Shown piece after piece: positions 53,899 through 64,000 of a stretch of 64,000 nt of DNA. The DNA is taken from assembly GCA_951406725.2 (NCBI GenBank), contig OX597834.1:13764001-13828000 (forward strand), written 5' to 3'. Position 1 is the stretch's first letter. Each line of letters begins with the position of its first letter. The DNA comes from Octopus vulgaris. Lineage: Eukaryota. The notes below the pieces were generated by a model. That model saw only the letters and a program-made list of their open reading frames with translations. It searched no databases and was not told the origin of the DNA. The position numbers and the translations under genes were made by a program.

Positions 53899-54437
53899 AA
53901 ATATATATTAGAATCGTGGAATATGCATCGTACGATGCAAACACGAAAGTGATATTTATTCAAATACAACCTTGCCGTTAGAACTGCATAAATAATGAGT
54001 TGTCAAAGGGCAGATTAGCTAGATGGTAAGACACTCAGCGGGTGTCTTCGTCGATGTAGGTTCGACACCAATGGCTGTGAGTTTATAACTTTTCCGCCTT
54101 GTAAAAGTAATTTACCCATTATTTCCGCTGTTATAACATAATTTAAAAATACTCTTTGTGTCCATACGAATTTAGATTCATTAATATTACAGATACAGCT
54201 ATACAATTCCATGCGCTCCATCGCACTGAAGCCCACAAGTAGTATGGGGCAAAGAAGATGGAATACTATTTAGTCATTACCTTCAACACATAAAATATAT
54301 TTCTATTAAATAACCATCAGCAGGACTACGGAATATGATTCTTTATTCTTGTATGTAACGTTATAAATCTTTTGCAACATCCTCAGCAGTAAAGTGCACT
54401 ATAAAACAAGTCTGGGGAATCTGTGATTAAGAATTTA

Positions 54438-54624
54438 ATGTGAAAATATTGCAACCAACAACGAACCACGGCAGCTATTCTGGGATGATCTGGAAAGCAA
54501 TTTAGAGCAATGGTTCATCAAAGCCTATGGGATGTAAGGGAAACATAAACTCAGATAAATATGTCCACATTTCGGAAAGGACTCCCTCCAATCTTCTTCG
54601 GTGGTGAAATGATTAAAAAATATT
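54438..54624 (+). repeat. inverted duplicate of 52916-53102
   Basis: high-identity reverse complement of part of the Tc1 relic. Confidence 0.85.
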
Positions 54625-54828
54625 GTGTTGCATTAGTGGCCTTATCATCAGTCGAGAAAATTATTTCAGAAGTATTTCTAGTTTGCTATGTATATCAATT
54701 AGGATTCTATTAATGTACGGAAAACAAAATTATTTAGAATATCACAAACCTATAAATGAAAATATACGTGAGTATTTGTGTATTATTTACGTTAATGTAT
54801 TAATATAATTTCCCTGTTATGTTTCCAG

Positions 54829-54966
54829 CTATATCGAGCAACTGGTGCTGTTTCCCATTTATGGGTTAAGGTACGCAGACCCAGCAAGCTTTGAAGAAGC
54901 ATACAAGTGTATTTATGGTGTCTTCAATGATCCCTTCGCTTTTCCAAATGAAACCCAGCCACGACT
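54829..54966 (+). CDS. internal coding exon, unidentified protein (138 nt, phase 2-2)
   Basis: gttatgtttccag | ... | gtaaga; (D)YIEQLVLFPIYGLRYADPASFEEAYKCIYGVFNDPFAFPNETQPR, in frame with 52014-52109. Confidence 0.65.
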
Positions 54967-55046
54967 GTAAGATATTAATTGTTTTATCTATAATATAAAC
55001 TGAATATTAAAACATGTCAATATATTTAATTGATTTTTGTATTGCA

Positions 55047-55094
<48 letters not shown>

Positions 55095-55774
55095 CAACAA
55101 TTAAAAAATCTTTATTGCTTCTAAACTTACACCAGTCAGAACAACCAGATCTTAGGCAGTCAGTGGAGGGACTCTTCTAAGTCATATGTTCTTAACATTT
55201 AAATCCACATCTTTGTCTATATATGTACCTTCTCTATAATGTTGCCACTTGATTTGAGAATTTTTGTATTAATGGAAAACCTCTATAATTGGCTGATGAG
55301 TACTCAGCATCTTAAATCTGTTTTCATACTTACAACATTTAATAAAATGATGTAGTACGAAACAATCGTACCAAATTACCGGAGCCATTTTTGTTGCTTA
55401 TTTTGAGTATATGTATATATATATATATATATGTACTTGTGATATTATTGGGTTGTTTAGCTACTCTGTATTTTAATCACATACGTAACACTAAGAAGGA
55501 AGAATATTTTATTTCCTTAAGTTTCGTTACGGATGCCTGGGCCTAAACAAACCTTCAAGCAGTAAGGCATTATAATACGTGTAGATAGTATAAGGGATGT
55601 AATATTAGGGGCTGCACTTCAACTACTACGAAATCGTCAGAGTAAATATTAATATATATATATATATATATATATAACGGGAAGCTTTATGAAAATAAAC
55701 AAAAGACGAAGGCAGGTGGAAAACAAACGAACAATTGTATTAGTATGGCGCTCAGGAAATATAAATAAAACAAG

Positions 55775-55812
55775 TCTTTAACGTTTCGAGCCTACGCTCT
55801 TCAACAGAAAGA
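55775..55812 (-). ncRNA. hammerhead-like motif, CTGTNGA core variant
   Basis: tcttt-CTGTTGA-a-gagc-gtag-gctc-GAAA-cg-TT-aaaga in element starting at 55675 after (TA)n. Confidence 0.55.
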
Positions 55813-56364
55813 TACACAGAGAGAGAAAAACACAGAAAGAAGGAGAGAAAAAAAATGCGTGCAGTAGCTAACGAATCAACATGGCGATCTGATTTCGGCC
55901 AGAGGTCAAAGATCAAACATGAGACGCGAGAGCGAAATAAGGGGAGATAATAGGGTTGATAAATGGGTTGAGGGACCAGCTAAAAGTGCGTGGGAGGGGT
56001 CTGGATGTGTGTATGTATAGGGTTGGTGTATGTATTAGTATGTATAAGGGTGTGTGTGTGTGTGTGTGTGTGTATGAGAGAGTATTAGTGCGTAAGATTG
56101 GTCTGGACGTGCGTATGTATGGGGTTGGTGTATGTATTAGTATGTATTAGTATGTATTAGTACGTATTGGTATGTATAGGTGTGTGTGTGTGTGTGAGAG
56201 AGAGTATAAGTGCGTATGCGGGGTCTGGACGTGTGTATGTATAGGGTTGGTGTAAGTATTAGTATGTACTAGTATGTATTAGTACGTATTAGTATGTATT
56301 AGTTGGTGTGTGTATTAGTATGGCACATCATATGTGATGTGATGTGTAAAGTCATGTGGTGTAG

Positions 56365-56626
56365 TGAGGAGAAGAGGGGGAGGGGGAGAAGAGGGGGAGG
56401 AGAAGGGGGAGGAGAGGATGGGGGAGAAGGAAGGGGATGAGGGGGATGAAGGAGGAAAGAGGGAGAGGGGGAGAGAGAAGGGGAGAGAGGGAGTGAGGGA
56501 GCAGAGGGAAGGGGAAGAGGGAGGGAGAAAGAGGGAAGAAGGGAAAGGGAGTAGGGGTGAAAGGATGAAGGACTGAAGAAGTAGGGGTCGGGGGAGAAAG
56601 GATAGGTGAGGAGTGGGGAGAGGGGG
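56365..56626. repeat. polypurine G/A-rich tract
   Basis: direct inspection. Confidence 0.85.
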
Positions 56627-56811
56627 TTATATATATATATATATATATAAACATGCTATGTATATAGAACTATATATATATATATATAAACATGTTATGT
56701 ATATAGAACTATTCAAATATACTAAAATGCATATAAACATATATTACATATATAGATGGTTTATTTTTTATTTCATAATCGATTTGATATTTAATATTTA
56801 CTTATTTTCAG

Positions 56812-56826
56812 GAGACGCCAAGTAGG
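56812..56826 (+). CDS. candidate 15-nt micro-exon (diverged copy)
   Basis: tttacttattttcag | gagacgccaagtagg | gtgagt. Confidence 0.45.
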
Positions 56827-56881
56827 GTGAGTAATCTATTTTTCATCTAACAAAATTGAGATATGCACCACGTATTACTTT

Positions 56882-56945
<64 letters not shown>

Positions 56946-56992
56946 GGCCGACCACATAGTGACTTGCCCTCCAAATATACACATGTATATAT

Positions 56993-57412
56993 ATCTCTTT
57001 TACTCTTTTTACTCTTTTACTTGTTTCAGTCATTTGACTGCGGCCATGCTGGAGCACCGCCTTTAGTCGAGCAAATCGACCCCGGGACTTATTCTTTGTA
57101 AGCCCAGTACTTATTCTATCGGTCTCTTTTGCCGAACCGCTAAGTGACGGGGACGTAAACACACCAGCATCGGTTGTCAAGCAATGCTAGGAGGACAAAC
57201 ACAGACACACAAACATATACACGCACACTTATATATATATACATATATACGACAGGCTTCTTTCAGTTTCCATCTACCAAATCCACTCACTAGGCATTGT
57301 GGGCCACTTTTGGTAAGCAGAAGACACTTGCCCAAGATGCCACGCAGTGGGACTGAACCCGGAACCATGTGGTTGATAAGCAAGCTACTTACCACACAGC
57401 CACTCCTGCGCC
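56993..57412 (-). mobile_element. SINE family A, full length
   Basis: reverse complement of 145-556. Confidence 0.9.
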
Positions 57413-58288
57413 TATATATATATATCTTCATAAGCATATTTACACTCTCTAAAAATGTTTGGAAAACCTATATGAAATTTAGCTGATGAATACTTGACAT
57501 TATATTTGCTGTAATATTTGCAGCTTTAAATAAGATGTTTCTAATATGAAACAATCGCACTAATCTACCGATCCATTCTTGTTGCTTTCTTCTTGGTTAT
57601 AAACACCCCCCGTAATTTTATGGTTAATACCATAAAAAAATTCTGGTGCATCTAAGTACCATATTCTTTTGAATCTATATAAGTATGTATATATATATAT
57701 ATATAAATAGATGAGTGTATTTTTACCTTGTTAACAATTAACACGGAAAAATAAATAAATAGTTACCAGGGCAGCAAAAATCTCACAAGTAAAGGTGTTG
57801 TAACTCCTTGTTTATAAAGGTAGAAACTTCGTGTTTACGTTGAATATTTTGAATAATCTGAATTAAAAAATGGTGTTAACGCAGGTATAATCAAATATGT
57901 AATCAAAAATTCCACTGATACTATTCAAAAGAATAAATGGTATAAACAATGCAATTTTCTCCTCAGGAAAGTGAAAAAAACGAAACTCGTCAATAAGACA
58001 TTTTAGCAAAAAATGATGGATTTGTATAGCGATAGAGAGAACGTTATTAATATTGTTTATAAAAACGTTATATGATATAACGTCATAAGTAGCTAACAGA
58101 AAGAGTAGGGGTATTAATAGTGAATGTTAAATATTAAGGAAATTAAAGTTTAAATTATATATAATGATAGAGACTACTTATATGCACTAAATGTATGTTT
58201 TTGCCAATGCTTACATCTGTATGCTCGCTCTATAACCGTGTTTACTAGAGTATTTTTAGAAGAAATAATGAAAAATAGCTCATATGTA

Positions 58289-58329
<41 letters not shown>

Positions 58330-58909
58330 CTTTTATACGTGTGTGTTTATGTGTATGTATATATGCTCGTATGTATAGGGCATTCGGGCCAAATGAAGCA
58401 GCTGGCATAAAAAAAATAGAAATACATCTAGTGTCCAGTCCCAAAATAGAACTATCATTTTAAAAAAATGTTAAGTTACAGCTGGGATGTACAGCTGTGT
58501 GCGTGGGTGTGCCTCTGTTTGTGTGGACAGACGTATCAATGCTCTCAGCCTAGAAATGACAGAATCTTTCACATTATATTACGAGCCTATCATATTTACA
58601 CAGGATTTCCACTTCGAAGCTGGGTATATCCTTTCTACGTGGACGTTTATCCCTCATTAACCGACAACACCACGTATCTCATGAAATATTGTGGACATGC
58701 CGAAATACGGTAAAGCACTATTGTAACGAATACCCTCGCTATGCGTTGCTTTGTGCTCTTAACATATGGAATGCGAGGTATCAAACAGTGTCTGAATATC
58801 CAACATTATCAATCTCATATCTATAAATTGTAAATAACATATATATATGTTATATTTTCTATTTCAATAATACTAATTGTTTTGATATTCAGTATTAATT
58901 ATTTTACAG

Positions 58910-58924
58910 GTGGTCCCGTGGTCA
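58910..58924 (+). CDS. candidate 15-nt micro-exon
   Basis: attattttacag | gtggtcccgtggtca | gtaagt. Confidence 0.45.
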
Positions 58925-58985
58925 GTAAGTAATCTATTTTGCATCTAATATAATTGATATATACACCTCGTATTACTTTACATAG

Positions 58986-59030
<45 letters not shown>

Positions 59031-59129
59031 TATATACATATATATAAACATATATATATATGTATCTATGTATATATGTATATTTGTATATATAGGGTAT
59101 TCGGGCTAAATGTAGCAGCTTGCATGAAA

Positions 59130-59813
59130 TGAAGACTGTGAGCATGACCTTGCCAGCGGAGGGCTGCACCCTTGCCTTCTTTGGAGAAGGTGAGTAACGG
59201 TGCTTCCACTGCATTGACTGGGCTTTGGTCTCTGGATCATAGTGATGGACCCAGATTTCATCCTGTGTAATCAGTCGTTTGAAAAATTTTGACTCATCTT
59301 CTTGGCACATCTCCAAATTCATCCTCGAGCACTCGACGCGTTCTTGCTTCTGGTAAGGTGTGAGCAACCTGGGAATCCATCTGGCAGACACCTTTTGCAT
59401 ATGCAAATGGTCAGCCTCAACTTGACGGACAGATGCCTCATCAGTGGCAGAAGTGGGGCGACTACATTTGGGAGCTGTTTCCACAGAGTTCCGACCATGT
59501 TTGAATTCACGATGCCAGCGTTTTGCAAGGTAATATGATGGGGCATCATGACGATAAGTTACTTTCATTTCATCAAAAGTCTCCCGTGGTGTGCGTCCTT
59601 TCAAATACAAAAACCGGATCACTGCTCGATACTCAACAGGCTCCATTTCACACTTGACTCAGTACAAACACCTCTAAATCCGAAACCACAATTAGTTCAG
59701 AGCTGTAATTTGCCACTTAATCTATAGAGATATAAGTAATTGCACATGCAAAATTTCATCTTCATCAAACAAATGCAGGTGTGTCAGAGACATTACTTAT
59801 TGAACGTCCCTCG
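59130..59813 (-). mobile_element. truncated mariner copy with in-frame internal deletion
   Basis: near-identical to 61901-62668; VRQVEA joined to DHLHMQ; one TIR at 59790-59813. Confidence 0.9.
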
Positions 59814-60427
59814 TATATATTAATATATGTATGTGTGTGCTTATGTTTGTTTGTGTTGGAGTATGTGATGTTGTGTGTGTGTGTGTGTGTACGTGTGTAC
59901 ACAACAAATTTCCAGCCAACGTCCTTCGACAAAGGTGAAGTTGGAGCGACGCCTAAAAGGACGTGGAGAGAACCAAACATAGGTAAGGTTAAACGGTTCA
60001 AATTTGTGTGCGTGGGTGTGCCTCTGTTTGTGTGGACAGACATATTAATGCTCTCAGCCTAGAAAGGACAGAATCTTTCACATTATATTACGAGCCTATC
60101 ATATTTACACAGCATTTCCTCTTCGAAGCTGGGTATAACCTTTCTACGTGGACGTTTATCCCTCATTAACCGACAACACCACGTATCTCATGAAATATTG
60201 TGGACATGCCGGAATACGGTAAAGCACTATTGTAACGAATACCCTCGCTATTCTATCCGTTGCTTGGTGCATTTAACATATGGAATGGGAGGTATCAAAC
60301 AGTGTCTGAATATCCAACATTATCAATCGCATATCTATAAATTGTAAATTACATATATATATATATGTTGTATTTTCTATTTCAATAATTCTAATTGTTT
60401 TGATATTCAGTATTAATTATTTTACAG

Positions 60428-60442
60428 GTGGTTCCGTGGTCA
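60428..60442 (+). CDS. candidate 15-nt micro-exon
   Basis: attattttacag | gtggttccgtggtca | gtaagt. Confidence 0.45.
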
Positions 60443-60522
60443 GTAAGTAATCTATTTTGCATCTAATATAATTGATATATACACGTCGTATTACTTTACA
60501 TACATACATACATACATACATG

Positions 60523-60616
<94 letters not shown>

Positions 60617-60799
60617 AACATATATATATATATGTATCTATGTATATATGTATATTTGTATATATATAGGGTATTCGGGCTAAATGTAGCAGCTTGCATA
60701 AAATGAAAATAGAAAAACATCCAGTGTCCAGTTCCAAAATAGAAGTATCTTTAAAAAATGTTTAAGTAAAAGCTGGGATGTTCCTGGGAGGTAATATTT

Positions 60800-61060
60800 T
60801 TCTCACCGTAGCCACCCTTAACTTCCACCACAGATTCAAGACGGCTTCCCGATTTGGCGCTTCCGGTCCTCTCGATTTGCCTGACAAGTTCTTCGAACAC
60901 CTTCATGTTTCCTAGCATTTGTTTGACAAGGAGAGCGGTTTGTGTCTTTCTGTAATGTGCCCCATAAGTAATAATCCTTGGGATAATAAGTGAGGGAATC
61001 TGACCAACAAAAAACGCAGCTTTTGAAGGCACATTTATTCTTTGATAACCACATTTTACT
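60800..61060 (-). mobile_element. old Tc1/mariner-superfamily transposase C-terminal relic (duplicated at 63545-63815)
   Basis: [15 protein letters not shown] and [13 protein letters not shown] in different frames. Confidence 0.55.
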
Positions 61061-61076
61061 ATTCATATAAATATAA

Positions 61077-61170
<94 letters not shown>

Positions 61171-61378
61171 TTCCGTTAAATTCTGATGTTGGGAAGCCAG
61201 CCAACTAAGGAATAGTTCCTATCCATAATACTCCTGGTAGTGTAACACAGTATTTGCACGTGTGAGTATTCTTATAATACTTCCTTACGTTTTAGAATAG
61301 ACGTACTAGAATGTCTACCGGCCGATGTATGTCATTTTTGCATCCTCACCATTTTCTGTTTTGCAGTATTTATACATA

Positions 61379-62668
61379 CGAGGCGCGTTCAATAAGTAAT
61401 GCCCCTGACCCACTTCCCATAGCAGTAGAGCAACGCAACTTGGCACAGTTATTAGTCTTTTTCTACATAGGAACCACCCAGAGTTACGCATTTCTCCCAT
61501 CGTTTGATGCAGCTCTGGAGACCGTTTTTGTAGAAGACCCCAGCATGGTCCTCCAGCAACGACGTGACTTCAGAAATCAAGGCTGCATCATCTGGGAAAC
61601 GCTTTCCTTTCAAAACAACTTCATGGCTGGGAAGAGGGGAAAATCAGAGGGTGCAAGGTCAGGAGAGTAGGAGGTATGCGGGAGGAGTTCATAGCCGCAC
61701 GCCTGTGCTTCTGATCTAGCGACACGCGAGTTGTGGACCGGAGCATTGTCCTGCAGGAGGAGGTTGCCTTTGCTGATCTTGCCCCGCCTCTTGATTTTGA
61801 TAGCTTCTCTTAATTTCCTCAAAAGTGAAGCATAATAGGCTCCTGTAATTGTGGTACCCTTTGCCAGGAAATTTGTCATCACTACTCCGTCCTGGTCCCA
61901 GAAGACTGTGAGCATGACCATTCCAGCGGAGGGCTGCACCCTTGCCTTCTTTGGAGGAAGTGAGTCACGATGCTTCCACTGCATTGACTAGGCTTTGGTC
62001 TCTGGATCATAGTGATGGACCCAGATTTCCTCCTGTGTAATCAGTCTTTTGAAAAATGTTGACTCATCTTCTTGGCACATATCCAAATTCATCCTCGAGC
62101 ACTCGACGCGTTCTTGCTTCTGGAAATGTGTGAGCAACCTGGGAATCCATCTGGCAGACACCTTTTGCATATGCAAATGGTCATGAATGATAATTTCCAC
62201 AGACCCGGTACTAATCTTGACCTCATGGGCTATTTGGCGAATAGTTATGCGTCGATCTTCCAAAATGGCAGCCTCAACTTGACGGACAGATGCCTCATCA
62301 ATGGCAGAAGTGGGGCGACTACATTTAGGAGCAGTTTCCACAGAGTTCTGACCATGTTTGAATTCACGATGCCAGCGTTTTGCAAGGTCATATGATGGGG
62401 CATCATCATCATAATTTACTTTCATTTCATCAAAAGTCTCCCGTGGTGTGCGTCCTTTCAAATACAAAAACCGGATCACTGCTCGATACTCAACAGGCTC
62501 CATTTCACACTTGACTCAGTTCCAACACCTGTAAATCAAAAACCACAATTAGTTCAGAGCTGTAATTTGCCACTTAATCTATAGAGATATAAGTAATTGC
62601 ACATACAAAATTTCATTTTGATCAAACAACTGCAATTGTGTCAGAGATTACTTATTGAACGTCCCTCG
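61379..62668 (-). mobile_element. full-length mariner transposon (1290 bp, probably irritans-like)
   Basis: TIRs cgaggcgcgttcaataagtaat / attacttattgaacgtccctcg; TA TSD at both ends. Confidence 0.95.
61452..62503 (-). pseudogene. mariner DD34D transposase, inactivated
   Basis: WIPRLL, QDNAPVH, YSPDLAPSD; premature TAG at 61988-61990, frameshift near 61612, first catalytic D reads E (TQEEIW). Confidence 0.92.
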
Positions 62669-63274
62669 TATATATAGATATATGTATGTGTGTGCTTATG
62701 TTTGTTTGTGTTGGAGTATGTGATGTTGTGTGTGTGTGTGTACGTGTGTACACAATAAATATTCAGCCAACGCTCTTCGATAAAGGTGACGTTGGAGCGA
62801 CGCCTGAAAGGACGTGGAGAGAACCAAACATAGGTAAGGTTAAACGGTTCAAATTTGTGTGCGTGGGTGTGCCTCTGTTTGTGTGGACAGACGTATTAAT
62901 GTTCTCAGCCTAGAAAGGACAGAATCTTTCACATTACATTACGAGCGTATCATATTTACACAGCATTTCCACTTTAAATCTGGGTGTATCCTTTCTTCGT
63001 GGACGTTTATCCCTCTTTAACCGACAACACCACGTATGTCATGAAATATCGTGGACATGCCGAAAAACGGGAAGGCACTATTGTAACGAGTACCCTCGCT
63101 ATTCTATCCGTTGCTTGGTGCATTTAATATATGGAATGGAAGGTATCATACAGTGTCTGAATACCCAACATTATCAATCTCATATCTATAAATTGTAAAT
63201 TACATATATATATGTTGTATTTTCTATTTCAATAATTCTACTTGTTTTGATATTCAGTATTAATTATTTTACAG

Positions 63275-63289
63275 GTGGTTCCGTGGTCA
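63275..63289 (+). CDS. candidate 15-nt micro-exon
   Basis: attattttacag | gtggttccgtggtca | gtaagt. Confidence 0.45.
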
Positions 63290-63816
63290 GTAAGTAATCT
63301 ATTTTGCATCTAATATAATTGATATATATACACCTCGTATTACTTTACATAGATACATATATACATATATATAAACATATATATATATGTATCTATGTAT
63401 ATATGTATATTTGTATATATAGGGTATTCGGGCTAAATGTAGCAGCTTGCATAAAATGAAAATAGAAAAACATCCAGTGTCCAGTTCCAAAATAGAAATA
63501 TCTTTAAATATTTTTTAAGTAAAAGCTGGGATGTTCCTGGGAGGTAATATTTTTCTCACCGTAGCCACCCTTAACTTCCACCACAGATTCAAGACGGCTT
63601 CCCGATTTGGCGCTTCCGGTCCTCCCGATTTACCTGTCAAGTTCTTCGAACACCTTCATGTTTCCTAGCATTTGTTTGAGAGGGAGAGCGGTTTGTGTCT
63701 TTCTGCAATGTGCCCCATAAGTAATAATCCTTGGGATAATAAGTGAGGAAATCTGATCAACAAAAAACGCAGCTTTTGAAGGCACATTTATTCTTTGATA
63801 ACCACATTTTACTATT

Positions 63817-63823
63817 CATATAA

Positions 63824-63912
<89 letters not shown>

Positions 63913-63927
63913 ATATATATATATATT

Positions 63928-64000
<73 letters not shown>
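63817..64000. repeat. (TA)n microsatellite
   Basis: direct inspection; one of dozens of TA tracts in the window. Confidence 0.95.

Larger units (their letters stand above)
58496..63830 (+). repeat. tandem segmental duplication, ~2.85-kb unit
   Basis: homologous blocks start near 58496, 60006, 62856; first unit shortened by a deletion near 59130. Confidence 0.9.

Noticed and set aside
59915-59981. 67-nt candidate exon ending ag|gtaagg, repeated near 62767
   Set aside because: Poor pyrimidine tract, non-triplet length, terminal stop in phase 2

Overview
Eukaryotic, AT-rich, repeat-dominated genomic DNA, most likely from an octopod cephalopod (inferred from the tRNA-derived SINE families and extreme (TA)n/(CA)n density; not database-verified). 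Almost all listed ORFs are microsatellite or SINE artefacts. Content: about 40 copies of four tRNA-derived SINE families with shuffled head/tail modules; Penelope-like element (PLE) debris (two GIY-YIG fragments, many (TA)n-embedded fold-back repeats) carrying about a dozen intact or degenerate type I hammerhead ribozyme motifs, including two non-canonical core variants; CR1- and RTE-type LINE 3' fragments; non-autonomous Helitrons; a hAT MITE; Tc1/mariner relics. From about 48.9 kb onwards lie candidate exons of an unidentified + strand gene whose 21-nt and 15-nt micro-exons have been multiplied by local tandem duplication, the youngest ~2.85-kb units carrying a full-length mariner as passenger. 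All calls are by eye; no searches or folding computations were run.
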